From Eledone cirrhosa (taxonomy: Eukaryota): a stretch of 64,000 nucleotides of DNA. Shown here one piece after another: positions 1 through 14,549 of this stretch. The number at the start of each line of letters is the position of its first letter. The stretch's first letter is position 1. The notes beneath the pieces were generated by a model that searched no databases, had not been told where the DNA came from, and saw only the letters and a program-made list of their open reading frames with translations. The DNA lies in the NCBI GenBank assembly GCA_964016885.1, contig OZ024742.1, positions 90,830,001 through 90,894,000 of the forward strand. Direction: 5' to 3'. A program made the translations under genes and the position numbers.

Positions 1-171
1 AAAAGTGTATACGCCATAACATATACAGTCAAATATACGTACGAGAAAGTATACGTACCTTCACAAAACATACAGGTAATATATACTTACCTATGCAAAT
101 AAGTAATGGTATAAACAAAACATATACTTAGCTACCACACCAAGACGTAACATATCCACGTATAGATCGTT

Positions 172-665
172 CTATCCGTTAGGGTATAACGTGGGGCTGT
201 AATGCAGGAAAGTTTTGTGCAATTTATGTTTACAAGCCGAAATTGCCTCAGATATTTTGTTTAAGATGTGGTCTGTGGCGTAGAGTATTTCCAGGGCCTC
301 AGCGGCGCAGGGGTCACATGGTCTTTTATTTCCGTTATACGATCTAGCCCTAGCTAGGATCTCCCAGTGTAACTTATATTGTGTGTGGTTGTCTTTTAGA
401 CTCCAGATATGAGCTGAAAGTGACGTCATATTCCTTCTTAGAGGATAACGAAAATAATGGGTATGCATGTAAAGACGCTGCTTGAATCTATTGGCGGTTA
501 ACCCTATGTAGGCCCTACGGGACGTGGGTGTTTCAACCTTACATTTGTAGAAAATGTTACTAGAGAGGCATTTCCCGGATAGGAGGCAATCAACCCGATT
601 CCTGCAATTACAGATAGTACTAACTACAGGGTTGCACGTGTTCCTACGGCTAGGTAGTTTAGCTA
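172..665 (-). pseudogene. Penelope-like element GIY-YIG endonuclease fragment, Hydra-clade-like
   Basis: Extending ORF 172..468 upstream gives CNCRNRVDCLLSGKCLSSNIFYKCKVETPTSRRAYIGLTANRFKQRLYMH...LSAHIWSLKD...WEILARARSY...CDPC..EALEIL...LNKISE...CKH. This is a GIY-YIG domain with a CxC linker and a CxxC...CxH tail. Clade assigned from remembered motifs. Confidence 0.8.
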
Positions 666-705
666 AATTTGAAGCTGTGATCTGCGTTTACAGATTGACT
701 TTCTT

Positions 706-755
706 AGTTTCAGAAGATCCCGTTAAGCGTGAAAGCAGCGATTCTTTGCTTAAAC
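706..755 (+). ncRNA. Type I hammerhead ribozyme-like motif, family A (CAGAAGA core)
   Basis: AGTTT-CAGAAGA-TCCC gttaa G(C/G)GT-GAAA-GCA...TGC-T-T-AAACT; stems I and III pair and the triplet is CUU. Copies at ~1791, 13108-13195 (both strands), 47127-47215 (both strands), 53137 and 61650. Confidence 0.55.
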
Positions 756-772
756 TTTAATCTGTTATTTTA

Positions 773-860
<88 letters not shown>

Positions 861-967
861 TATATTTAATTTGTTGGGATACAACAGGCAACATATTTTT
901 ATGACTGATCTAAAGCACTCAATATTTGTATGTCAATATTTATTTATAAAACTAACCTATATTATAT

Positions 968-1028
968 TTTATCTGATGAAAGCGCACCATAATTTGCCTT
1001 GATGGCCCTTGAAATATGTATAATGAAA
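968..1028 (+). ncRNA. Type I hammerhead ribozyme, family B
   Basis: TTTAT-CTGATGA-AAG...CTT-GAAA-TATGTA-T-A-ATGAA, with a near-palindromic stem III. Copies at ~2130-2190(-), 2308-2370(+), 28110-28170(-), 29710-29770(+), 49570-49635(-) and 63600-63660(+). Confidence 0.7.
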
Positions 1029-1197
1029 TTAATATGGTTTTATAAATATAGTTTCCATTTGTTAATATATTGTATATATATATATATACTTACACGTACA
1101 CACAAACTACTGATCAAATAATGTTTGGTATCAATGAGTTAAAGACATCTGTCAAATCTATTAGTCGTGAAGGTAGTGTATATATATATATATATAA

Positions 1198-1630
1198 TGA
1201 TGAAAAATGACGTGCTACGTTGCGAATGTGATACATATGAATGAAAAATAGAGCAAGAAACAGGATTGTCCATCATCAGTGATCTATCATCGGTATTTCT
1301 TCACATTAAAGACCAGATACCTCAAAGTCAGTGCGAGCAATAACTAAAATAAGAATGGGTGGAGAAATAGAGACATGTAAACAAACAAAATGTTAATGCA
1401 ACGTAAGGAGAGGAAATTGAGAAAGCAAGTCAATGATACATGTGAACTTAAGTTCTAGCTAATCAATGACGAGCAGACGACAGACGAGACCGAACCCTGC
1501 GAAATGTGAGCGAGAAAAGGATTTCACATAGGTCAGACGGGAGGAAGTGAGAGAGGAAGAGTAGCAGAGAGGAGGTGAGTGAAAGTGTGAGGAAGAGGCC
1601 AGCCGAGAGAGTGTAACCGGCAGAGGGATA
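1198..1630. repeat. Dispersed repeat fragment (second copy at 39540-40150)
   Basis: Shares blocks catcagtgatct...ggtatttc, gtgcgagcaa and gtca.acggga.gaag with 39540-40150; both copies abut (TA)n. Confidence 0.5.
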
Positions 1631-1902
1631 CATAGTAATAATAATAAATTTGAAGACTAAAATGCAAAGAAGGCTCGATAGGGATAAATATATATCAAAT
1701 ATATAAGAACCAAAGTATCGTCTTCCTGTTTACCTTCGGTTGCAACGGTTTTCGAAATATTTACTTCTGCGTTCATAGATTGATTTTTTTAGTTTCAGAA
1801 GATCCCGTTAAGGGTGAAGGCAGCAATTCTCTGCTTAAATTTAATCTGTTATTTTAATATATATACACACACACACATATATATATATACACCCACACAC
1901 AC

Positions 1903-1938
<36 letters not shown>

Positions 1939-2086
1939 CATATATATATACATAACAGAGTATAAATATTTGATATAGAAATATATATATAATATATATG
2001 CAAAGTTTTATTTAAATTGTTGGGTTACAACGAGTAAATATTTATAACTGATATAAAAGCACTCAACAAGTATTTGGAGTATATTT

Positions 2087-2415
2087 ACGATATTAAATAA
2101 ATGGAAACTATATTTATAAAACCATATTTATTTCATTATATATATTTCAGGGATATCATATTAAAAATATGGTATGCCTTCATCAGACAAAATACAATAT
2201 AAACAGTCTTATAAATAGATAGATTTGACATACCTTACAACTTCAACTTCCATTTATAAGTTGTAAGGTATGTCAAATCTATCTATTTATAAGACTGTTT
2301 ATATTGTATTTTGTCTGATGAAGGCATACCATATTTTTAATATGATATCCCTGAAATATATATAATGAAATAAATATGGTTTTATAAATATAGTTTCCAT
2401 TTATTTAATATCGTA
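2087..2415. mobile_element. Inverted duplication of PLE-type 3' end, family B
   Basis: Near-perfect palindrome centred ~2250, with one hammerhead in each arm and (TA)n on the right. Confidence 0.8.
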
Positions 2416-2534
2416 TATAATATATATATATATTCAATGCCAATTAGATCCCTAGGGCTTTTTGTACAAGTTGAAAACATGTTATCTATATATACACATG
2501 TACATGCATACATATACACACACACTCCCATATA

Positions 2535-3035
<501 letters not shown>

Positions 3036-3184
3036 TTTTCTCTTATATCATTAGACGTGTCCGTCGAAGCTGCGGATCCAGAATCAGACAGATCCACACA
3101 ATGATCGTGTCTCGAGCTGTCTGCCGGCGAAGCTATTGTAACACACAATAAATTGAGTTCAGATGCATCATTGATTTTTCGTTT

Positions 3185-3253
<69 letters not shown>

Positions 3254-3491
3254 TATATATATATATATATATATGTAAATATCTTTAAGTCGTTTGGAAG
3301 CCTCGACAATGCAAATGGGTAAATCTCCGGGTAACAAGGTCCGGTGGTGGAGAGAGAGATGTAAGTGGGTGTACGTTGAGATGCGTGGTGTGTATAAGAT
3401 GTGTGAGATGTATAGAATGAAGGGAAGAGTATAAAGGATAGAATAAAAATAACAACACAAGAGAGAGTTACCTTGGGAGAGATTTAATAGT

Positions 3492-3527
3492 CCCTATATA
3501 TTTCGGATTCACATCCATCAACTGGGG
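3492..3527 (-). ncRNA. Degenerate or variant hammerhead motif
   Basis: Minus strand CCC-CAGTTGA-T-GGAT gtga ATCC-GAAA-TATA-T-A-GGG; the stems pair but the core has two deviations. Confidence 0.4.
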
Positions 3528-3613
3528 TTTTTTCCGGGGTGGGGGAAAAGGTTGTCTGTCGGACAGGTCCGGAATGCGTCCTTCGCTGTTTGTTGTTTTG
3601 ATATTCAAAACAC

Positions 3614-3750
3614 AGTCCAGAATTAGCCGTCGAAACGGCTTGAGCTCAGCCGTCGGGGTCCTACTCGTTCCTATCACCCACTCTACTACCCTAAGTATTG
3701 AGTACTTTGGTGCGTTATGGTCCACCTGGTTCCTTGCCACATTTCCTTCG

Positions 3751-3752
<2 letters not shown>
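3614..3752 (+). repeat. Repeat family F 3' end
   Basis: tccagaattagccgtcgaaacggc...ccttcgt runs into (TA)n. Copies at 34774-35248 and 52805-52998, with a diverged copy at 10230-10353. Confidence 0.75.
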
Positions 3753-3804
<52 letters not shown>

Positions 3805-4678
3805 TGAGTGTGAAAGACCAAATCTTATTATTGAAAGTCTCTGGATTTCGCAAAAATATTGTTTAATGGAGAAGGTAAGATATTTTTCCGCAAAAATTTG
3901 ATTGTACTGTTTTGTTTACACTTATGTAATTTTTGAAAATGTTATTTATTCATTATAAAAATTAAATGATAGCATTCTATATGTAGGTGGCCCCCCTTCA
4001 TCTCCTGCAACCAATATTTTTAGACCCAGTCCGCCACTGCATACACCCAGTATTCTATTGACGTTAAGTCAATGAGAAGCAATGTCAATACCTGCAGTGA
4101 ATTGTACTCAGGACGTCAAAGGAATATATTAACTGATGTAAAGTATTTAATCTGGTGTTCAACTGTTAATGCAAAGGGAACAGCTTTCATGAGACATTAT
4201 TAGGGATTCTTTTCTATAAAAGATATCAGAAATTGATTTTTAAATGATACATAAAATTATAGTGTGACGAACGTAATAAATTATACAATAGCCATTATGG
4301 TGAGTTTAGGTTGGCGCCAATCTTTTATCCATTGTAACGATTGAATTGTTTCGTGTATTTAACCCTTCAAACACTGACATTATATGGTTTCTTATCTTTT
4401 AATTTGAATTATTGATGCATTGGTGTTTTTCTATTGTGACACATAATTATCATACATATTATATGTTATGATACCTATATATCGTACAACTGCTTCTGTT
4501 GATGCTGGTGGTACTGCTTCTGCGGATGAGGATGCAGTTGATGATGATGATTATATACTATGACTACAACCTATCCACTTATCACGATATATATAAAGTT
4601 GTGTGATGTTTGTTTGTGTTCAGAAACTGGCAGAAAGAAAGAGCAAAGGGGAAGATGTCACTAAAGACAGAAGACACT

Positions 4679-4712
<34 letters not shown>

Positions 4713-5464
4713 GTAGAGAGAGTTAGGGAGAAGGAAAACGAAAGTAAAGATGTGGCTGATGAGTGAAATAGAAAGAGAAAAGACGATAATGACATGGCTA
4801 CTGAAAGAAAGCGGTTCACCATCATGAGAAAAGTTTAAATACACGGAAAGGAAAAATATACTTATTTTCTTTGAGTTACGTACCATTATAGCTGTAATTA
4901 CATTTTGATATTAGCTATATATATATATTGTCTGATCTATAACAGTTATTTAACTGTATACTATCAGACCTCATATATAGGTTTGATCAGACCGTCTTCT
5001 TCCGAATATGTTAATATGATCAACCCTCCGAAACGATCGTAAATCAATGATATGAATAGGTAAAATAACTCAACTTTGTTGTTATTATTTCCATTGTTAA
5101 ATTAACACCTAATATCTGACTCTGTATCTAAGTAATTAACTCAGCGGAACACGGAAGCTTTCTATGGATTTCACTGGATTACTCGCCATCAGATTACAAT
5201 GAGTTCTATCTACGGTACGGACCCAACCACCAAGGGTAGACCACACTGAAATATATATATATATATATATATATTCGGGAGGTAAATCCGCAGAATTGGT
5301 AGAGTGTCGGATAAAATGCGATTGCGGTATTTGCTCTGGTCAACTATGTAATACATCCTTCCGCGGTCAAGATATCAGTCAAGAATTGGCGCTAATTAAA
5401 TCAACTTTGTCCATCCCAAATTTACTGGTCATGTACCGAAATTGGAAGTCATTATTACATACAA

Positions 5465-5652
5465 GGGCGGTGGATTGGCAGTATCGGTAGAGGGTCGGAC
5501 GCCATGCTTTCCAGCATAGTTACGTCCCTTTATGATCTGAGTTCAAATCCCGCCGAGGTTGACTTTGCCTTTCATCCTCACGGGGTCGATAAAATAAAGT
5601 ACCAGTAATGCACTGGGTAATTGCTGGCCTTGTGCCTAAAGTAGAAACAATT
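5465..5652 (+). mobile_element. tRNA-derived SINE
   Basis: A-box-like TGGCAGTATCGG and B-box GTTCAAATCC, followed by the conserved body gactttgcctttcatcc...ggggtcgataaaataaagtaccagt; at least 7 copies in the window. Confidence 0.85.
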
Positions 5653-6231
5653 ATTAGATACATATTAATGACACATATACAAACAAAAATAAATTATTGT
5701 TGGTTCAGCATCTTCTTTTATCTGGATGTAATTATGGGCGGAAACGTGATTTTTCTGTGAACCATCGGAACAGTTTATTATGTGGCTACCAACGGTACGG
5801 TTTGTTATTTACATTTATCTGAATACCTAGAGTCTTTTCAGCTCTGATGTAATGGGGAAATACATAGCTTATTTTACTTATATTTATTCGTAGTTAGGAT
5901 TTCAAGCGCAATGCAAGTGCTCAAAACCTTTCCACCTTTATAATAATGTAATTAATAAGCAGAGAAAGAGTTTCTGCTTTCATAATGTGTTGCTCAATAA
6001 ATGTATAAATGTCTGTCGTGATGGTTTGGTAGCAAAAAAGCTATTGATAACGTGGCAGTAGTTAGTGGTTTCGAAATTTGCGATTGTAAATTTTAGATCG
6101 TAAAACGAGTCTGGAGTCACACATGTCGGACGAAAAATCAGAATTGTACTTACTTATATAAAAATGTATGTATGTATGTATGTGCACACGTTTATATATA
6201 CACACACACACACACACACATACATGGATAA

Positions 6232-6363
6232 TTCATACATACATACATACATACATACATACATACATACATACATACATACATACATACATACATACAT
6301 ACATACATACATACATACATGCATACATGCATACATACATACATACATACATACATACATACA
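6232..6363. repeat. (CATA)n microsatellite
   Basis: Direct reading. Confidence 0.95.
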
Positions 6364-6906
6364 TAAAATCGTGTATGCTATGCCTTTATACTCAAACATA
6401 CATTTTATTAACCTGAATTTACTTTGTCATTAATTCAGCACAACTACATCATTGTTGTCGGCTACAAAAAACCTAAACATTAGATAACCACATAGAAACG
6501 AGCAAAACGAATGCGGTTGTCTATGGATAAAGATTCTGATTGAAAGAGAAAGCAACAAAACGACTTTCTTGTTGAATTACGTTGTACAGATGTAATCGTA
6601 TGAAAAAATATTCAACTCGTTAGTAGTAAAAGTAAGTAAGGTAGCTGAAAATTGTGTTGTCACAATTTGTGAATCATTTTAAAAGTTAAATGTTTAACGA
6701 ATATATTGCCTAGTTAGCAAGAGATATCAGATAAAAATTACATACATATATTCAAACACCAACCAGATGTGAGAAAAACCATAAACCCTCCATCTCAATT
6801 CTACTTTTGAAAAGCAGAAGAACTGCAAAACCGTTAAAGGAACCAAATAAATATATATTTAAAAAAAAAGACTCCAGTTGCATTTTCGATTTCATCTTTT
6901 TTCCCG

Positions 6907-6940
<34 letters not shown>

Positions 6941-7329
6941 TGTGAGTAATGCTATCGCTTCATATTTAAGCACGAGCATCACGGACGTGGCTTTTTAGTC
7001 CTGCTAGGGACTAGCCTATGGCCAACAATGCCATGCATCGCAAAAACAATGTCACTTATCAAGCAATACCTGTGCTTGAAGCTTTTTTAAGTGAGGAATG
7101 GCTTTGCACGGAGCCAATCTAACTCTCTGAAAGTCGAATGCATTTGCCCAAAAAGAACTGGTTTTACATAATTGGATGCAAAGAATGTCGTAGGCTTTAT
7201 ATCAGAGCGACCTCCTAGAGAGATGTCTTAATGAAGACTAGGAGTCTCTCGCTCCACAGAAAAAAACTTTATTGGATGGCCGTTGACTCTCCTGAGTTCC
7301 TTCGTCCTTTGAGGGGTTTTGTTTTTTAT

Positions 7330-8020
7330 CCCGCATAAGATGTACTGAGGGACAGTGTAGGAATAGTAATATAATATATACACGTGAAACAGCCCGTAGC
7401 ATAGGAGAAAGGATAAGTGAACACTGGCGAGAATTCCGGGATGGGAAAAACTCATCAGTAATCCACCAACATACCAAAATAGAACATAGGGGCACATTAG
7501 AGAACAGAGATAAAAATTATATCCGCATACAGAAAAGATGCAATGCCCAGGCAAATGACAGAGGTAACAAATATAAACGAACTCCAACCAAAATTAAATA
7601 AACATGAGTGGAATAGCAACATCATAACTAGTAATTAAGGACAAAATTAAGACACACACAAAAAAACAAACTAACAAAACAAATCAGACACACACAGATA
7701 GAACAAACAACCAACTAGTGACAAATAAATAAACACATAAATAAATGTATAAAAACACACACACCCGGATGTAACACATGCACAAACCAAGCTCACAGCA
7801 CGCAACATACAAAAACAAGATGGTGTAGGACAGAACAAAGGATAGACACACAAAATAGAAACATAGTCACTGAGGAGGTCACATAATGTGTGACAAAGAA
7901 CTTTGACAATATATAAACAACCTCCAGATTATCGAACCAACCAACCAACCAACCGGAGATTTATAATAAAACCAAGGTGCGTGTGTTTTTATTGTTAACA
8001 TGACCCTGCCAAAGTATAAC
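7330..8020 (+). pseudogene. Decayed 3' fragment of PLE family C (GIY-YIG plus 3' UTR)
   Basis: Similar to 19740-20445 (gcataagatgtactga, gaacactggcgaga, ccaaaattaaata...gagtggaatagcaacatc); degenerate hammerhead at ~7865-7908. Confidence 0.75.
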
Positions 8021-8533
8021 AAAGTATAACATCACACCCCCAAAGTATATATACATATATATATAGAGAGAGAGAGGAGGAGTGGGGAGAAATAGAGAGA
8101 TACATATATCTGTGTGCGCGATTGTATGTGTCTGTATGCATGTGTGTATGTGTGAGAGAGTTCGAATGCGTATGTAGATGTGTCAGATATATACATGTTG
8201 TGGTGGATGAGCAGAAGAAAAAATGACTTCATTATATCTTGTAATAGAGCGGACTGTTGGTGGCATCATTACCGCCACGCCCATACACACTTTCACACGT
8301 ACATACACCCATATCTCTGAGACTATATATGTGTAATATGTATATATGTATATATGTATATATATACATAAGGGTGTGTGTATATATATGTATACACACA
8401 TTATCTCGAAAATTAAGGACATTTAAATAAATTCAAGGTGAAAGACTAATTCTCACCAATATCTCTCACTATTGCATTCTTTTTCTATGTCCATATCTGC
8501 ATTGTCTTGGCCTTATTACACATATTCTAACGT

Positions 8534-8534
8534 T

Positions 8535-8568
<34 letters not shown>

Positions 8569-8595
8569 CATAAGGGTGTGTGTATATATATGTAT

Positions 8596-8652
<57 letters not shown>

Positions 8653-8668
8653 CATATATACACATATA

Positions 8669-8709
<41 letters not shown>

Positions 8710-8737
8710 ATACATATATATACATATATATACATAC

Positions 8738-8772
<35 letters not shown>

Positions 8773-8827
8773 CATACATATACATACATACATATAGATA
8801 CATACATATATATATATATATACATAC

Positions 8828-8860
<33 letters not shown>

Positions 8861-8949
8861 CATACATATATATATATATACATATATATATATACATACA
8901 TACATATATATATATATACATATACATACAGATATATACATACATATAT

Positions 8950-8982
<33 letters not shown>

Positions 8983-8997
8983 CATATATATACATAC

Positions 8998-9032
<35 letters not shown>

Positions 9033-9095
9033 CATATATATATACATATATATATATATATATGTACATATATATACATATATATATATATAAAC

Positions 9096-9136
<41 letters not shown>

Positions 9137-9139
9137 TAC

Positions 9140-9179
<40 letters not shown>

Positions 9180-9180
9180 G
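8534..9180. repeat. Compound (TA)n/(TACA)n microsatellite
   Basis: Direct reading; source of the spurious YI-rich ORFs. Confidence 0.95.
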
Positions 9181-9566
9181 CATTGTTGATAGTAGTATTT
9201 ACGATTTACGCATTTATAAAGTTGTTTCCCACGTTAGGCTATATTTGTTTGACAACAAATATTTTCTAACCCGTCATTGATCCGAAACAATATACCTCAT
9301 ATTTTCATTAGTATTTTATTTTAGAATAGACGGATGGGTTACTGTCTGTCCGGCTCACTGGATATAGATATAGAGGCAGGGAGAGTGGGAGGGACAGAAG
9401 GAGAGAAAGAGAGGGGAGGGGGCAAACCCGCACACAAGCACATAGTACCCATTCTGCTACACACAGTTAAACAAATATTACATAACCACATGTAGTTGTG
9501 TATATATATTATAAAATATGTTTGTATGTAACTATAGAAATATATATATATATATATATGTGTGTG

Positions 9567-9599
<33 letters not shown>

Positions 9600-9617
9600 A
9601 TATATATCATGATAATA

Positions 9618-9810
9618 ATAATTGTTTCTACTTTTGGCACAAGGCCAGCAATTACCCAGTTCATTAATGGTACTTTATTTTATCGACCCCGTAAGGATGA
9701 AAGGTAAAGTTAACCTCGGCGGGATTTGAACTCAGACCATAAAGGGCCGTAACTCTCTGCTGCAAAGCATGGCGTCTGACCCTCTACCGATACTGCCAAT
9801 CCACCGCCCA
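9618..9810 (-). mobile_element. tRNA-derived SINE
   Basis: Reverse complement of the 5465 family. Confidence 0.85.
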
Positions 9811-9829
9811 TACTGCCAAATAATAATAA

Positions 9830-10050
9830 TGGTTTCTTATATAGGCATACGGCCAGAAATTTTTTGGGGGAGGGGAAAGTCAATTACATCGACCCGAGTA
9901 CGTTACAGCTGCTTTATTTTATCGATCCCGAATGGTTGGAAGGCAGTGTTAACCTCGGCGGGATTTGAACTCAGAATGTAAAGGGCCATAACTCTATGCT
10001 GTAAAGCATGGTGTCCGACGCTCTGCCGATACTGCCGATTGACCGCCCTT
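9830..10050 (-). mobile_element. tRNA-derived SINE (related subfamily)
   Basis: Same head (cggcgggatttgaactcaga...gatactgcc) with a different tail. Confidence 0.75.
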
Positions 10051-10348
10051 AATAGCTTGATGAAAGGCAAAGTTAAACTCGACGGGATTTAAACTCAGAT
10101 GTGTTCTCACGTCCAAATGTTGTTGAATTGTTAAACACCCGATTCGTTATTTTAGGCTGCCACAGAATGGAAGCGGGAAAGGCAAGTTACTCACCAGAGT
10201 ACTCGATACTTGTGGTAGTAGAGTAGGTAATATGAAAAATTCGGGACGCCGACGGCTGAGATCCTGCCGTTTCAAAAGCTAGATCCGAACTCCGGTTCGG
10301 ATATAGCTCTTGAAAGGGAAGGAGCTCAACCGTCGGGGGTCTTGAATT

Positions 10349-10386
<38 letters not shown>

Positions 10387-10394
10387 CTTTCCTG

Positions 10395-10440
<46 letters not shown>

Positions 10441-10513
10441 ATGTTTGTGTGAATGTGTGTGTGTGTTTGTAAGCATGAATGAACGTATGTATATATATGT
10501 GCATGTGTGTGTG

Positions 10514-10584
<71 letters not shown>

Positions 10585-11110
10585 TGTGTATGTGTGTGCG
10601 CGCGCGTGTGTGTGTGTGTGCGTGCGCGCGCGCGCGCGTGAGTGTGTCTATGTGTGTTTGTAAACATAGAATTCTATTATTCGAACGAGGTGGAGGAATA
10701 AGATTGTAGGATTGAGTTAGGATAATTGGTGTAATCGTAAATAATGTCAATCTCAATCCATAGTTATTCTTCGCTTTCCTACAGGCTTCGATTCTTTTTC
10801 ACCGCGAACCACACCCTATAGTATATTACGTTTTTCTCTTCGATATTAAATTGTGTTCACCTTTGCTTCACAAACATGATAATAGCAACAAACACGTTAC
10901 ACGTTACACAAACGTATCTTAAAGAAGTGGGGAGTGAATGAAAGCGAGAGTGATTTTAATCATTACAGAAAATGGGCAAATGGTATCCCAGTTTTATTCT
11001 CATGTTCGGGTTACACACAGTACGGCTAATTAAATATTCATGAAATCTAGAAATCTTGCTTGGATAATTCAAAATATGATGAACTGATGTTCGGATAACC
11101 AGAGTATGAT

Positions 11111-11175
<65 letters not shown>

Positions 11176-11692
11176 TATATATATATAAGCGTAAAAATAC
11201 CAGGCGTTGACTCCATTTACCGAAAGTTGCAGAAGGAACATTAGCGAATTTTGATCACCTTAGGAACATCTGAGAGACTTATACCTTTCCAAGTGACTGG
11301 GATGTAGGTTTAATTGTGAAACCTCCTAACATATACAACCAACAGAAATACAACTGACGTAGCATCACGCTCCTTCCTACTCCTAACGAAGTGATGTGTA
11401 GCGCTCTCCAACACATCGGATACTTAGGCATTGTTAAGCTGAAGGAAGTAGAAATGGGATCCAGAAAAATAAAATATACATTCCTCAAATCTTTACACAG
11501 AACATAATTGGACAGTACTTAAATGATATTTTTTAATTGTACATACATTTCACAGCTTATAGAAAGACTTTTGAAAATGTACACATGGGGGAGGGGGTCT
11601 TAAAGTCACATGGTATCCATAAGATAATCTTCAGTCTGAAAAGTCTATTCTAATCCAGTGACATCATTGTGATGTTTGTATGTATGTATGCA

Positions 11693-12120
11693 TGTCCCAT
11701 GGTCGGGTCGTTGGCGACTAAACTGGCAACCCCACCAAGGTTCCTTGGTGAGGAGGGTGACTTTGAACATCCTGCAGGACTAAGAACAAAACCTGTCAAA
11801 GGGCAAGGTAGCACTTAAGTGTCAACGGCCATCCAAAATCACCGGGAGAGATGAACCCTTAGCCTTTGCCAAGGCAGAATTCTAGGAGAAGTAAAACTCT
11901 GATATAACACCTGCAACCCTGATGTTGACTTGTTCTTCTTTTTGGTAAATATCATCTTCGTTAAGAGTGTGTCAATAATTGTCACAAGTGTAGTGTTTGT
12001 ACCAGAGTTTTCAATTCGCTGGCTGGACAAAAAGTCACACTTGTTCAGCGCATCGGTATGGGTTCTCCTACATGGATATAAATTAGTGGCCGTACTCGAA
12101 AACGAGTTGGCAGCCACCAT
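11693..12120 (+). mobile_element. Non-autonomous dispersed retro-repeat (longer copy at 42955-43566, minus strand)
   Basis: High similarity to the reverse complement of 42955-43520; the 3' end gcagccacc runs into (TGTA)n or (TA)n; no meaningful ORF. Confidence 0.7.
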
Positions 12121-12217
12121 GTATGTATGTATGTATGTATGTATGTATGTATGTATGTATGTATGTATGTATGTATGTATGTATGTATGCATGTATGTAT
12201 GTATGCGTGTATGCGTG

Positions 12218-12263
<46 letters not shown>

Positions 12264-12474
12264 TCACAAGAATCAAAGTTATGTTCAAAGCATTTATTCA
12301 CTTACAATTGTTTCATCCAAACCTAAATTGGTGTCTTCGGACCATTTTTCAATGTTTGTAGATATAATTGACCTCCTTTCCAACGCAAGAGACATACAGA
12401 TACATATATATATATTGATGTACAGTGGAGTGACATATATTATACTATACTATTTTTGTACGGCAATTCAAATT

Positions 12475-12683
12475 CAAAATAAAAATAAAAATAAAAATAA
12501 AAATAAAAATAAAAATAAAAATAAAAATAAAAATAAAAATAAAAATAAAAATAAAAATAAAAATAAAAATAAAAATAAAAATAAAAATAAAAATAAAAAT
12601 AAAAATAAAAATAAAAATAAAAATAAAAATAAAAATAAAAATAAAAATAAAAATAAAAATAAAAATTAAAATTAAAATTAAAA
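12475..12683. repeat. (AAAAAT)n hexanucleotide array
   Basis: Direct reading. Confidence 0.95.
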
Positions 12684-12949
12684 TATATTCGGCAGATAAC
12701 ACAGATAATGCAGGAGGATAGTTTGATAGTCAGATCTAGTAGGTAGTGTATGCGTTAGTTACACACGGAGCATGCAAGTGTGTCTCATTTTTATACAATT
12801 ATTGTGTGGCAAGGTGTTACATGTAATGCAAGCACTTTAAGCGGGTAAGCAAGAGTATTATGGTGGTTGTAGTGGTAGGGTATTTTTTGTATAGATCAAA
12901 AAAGTATGCGTGCAGAAAAATAAAAATATTTTTTTATTTTTCCGCACAC

Positions 12950-13000
<51 letters not shown>

Positions 13001-13004
<4 letters not shown>

Positions 13005-13216
13005 ATAATAATAAATTTGAAGACTAAAATCCAAAGAGGGCTCGATAAGGATAAATATATATCAAATATATAAGAACCGTAGAGCAAATATTTATTAAAA
13101 TAACAAAGTTTAAGCAAAGAATCGGTGCTTTGACCCTTAACGGGTTCTTCTGAAGATCCCGTTAAGGTTGAAAGCAGCGATTCTTTGCTTAAACTTTAAT
13201 CTGTTATTTTAATAAA
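13001..13216. mobile_element. Inverted duplication of family A 3' end
   Basis: Arms meet at ~13150 inside the hammerhead core, with (TA)n on both sides. Same arrangement at 47015-47236. Confidence 0.75.
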
Positions 13217-13238
13217 TATATATATATATGTATATATG

Positions 13239-13351
<113 letters not shown>

Positions 13352-13712
13352 ACCATAGTAATTTTTATGGCGAATTTGGTGAATTAAAATGAGTTCATGA
13401 TAACCTGTATCAGATTGACGGTGGGGCTGTTGGTGACATCGTTTCATATATATGTATATCCACACACACATATACACGCTGTCTGCCATAGCATTTAGGA
13501 TTTATGTATGTTTAGAGTTGTTTCCCACGTTAAGCAATAGTATATCGTGAACAAATACTGTCTAAGTAGTCATTGACCCGAAACAAAATACCAATATTTT
13601 CATTATTATTCTATATTTGGAGAGGAGACGGGTTTCGTGGTGGTGGTGGTGGTGGGAGTTAGATAACTTCTTCGTTTGCTTTTGATTTGAGTTTATATGT
13701 TTAAGAACGTAT

Positions 13713-13764
<52 letters not shown>

Positions 13765-14511
13765 TGTTATACTTGGGGAGGGTCATATTTATGTAATATT
13801 GACAGAATTAATAACAGAACACACTCGTCCCCCCCACCCCACTCTCAAGAGCATGAAACTAATAAACCTTTCTTCGTACTGCTTCTCTGTTTTGTTCCCG
13901 TTCCATTTTTCACTATATATATATACATGTATATAAGTTTTTGAAGAGATGGTAACATGAATGGACCTGTTATCTTTCCCTAAAAGCATTTTTTCCAATT
14001 CCACCCCGCCCGTCCCTTCATTATTTCTAATTTCTCATTCTTTCTTCCGATGAAGGGCTAGAGTACTAAACGTTAAGACCCTCTTCCTTCTATTTCAAGC
14101 GTTAACTTAATATATTCCTTAATTATACTGCACCGATTGTGTTGTTATTTCTGTTTACCCTTTACACACACACACACAACACACATATATATATATACGT
14201 AAACATATATATAAATGTGTATGTGTGTGCGTGTGTGTGTATGTGTGTGTATGCGTATGTATATGTGAGTTTGCGTGTGTGTGTGTGTGCATTTGTAGTG
14301 ATGTTCTCGATCACGATCTCCAAAGCAAAGAACCCATCACAATTCCACTTTTGAAAAGCACAAGAACTGCGAAACCAGTAAAGGAACCAAATAAATGTAT
14401 ATTTTTTTTTTTAAATGCTCCAGTTGCATTTTCGATTTCATCCTTTTTCCTTATACTTTCACTCGTGTAGGACTTCTGTCTTTTTTTTCCATTTTGTAAT
14501 AATAACCTCAC

Positions 14512-14549
<38 letters not shown>

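Noticed and set aside
1255-1290. Minus-strand CTGATGA here and at ~39555
   Set aside because: Could not find matching GAAA and stems.
4755-4775. CTGATGAGTGAAA hammerhead-like string
   Set aside because: No room for stem II and no flanking stems.
14043-14080. CCGATGAAGGG...TAAACG possible hammerhead
   Set aside because: Stem II and GAAA are degenerate; may be a decayed copy but cannot be supported.
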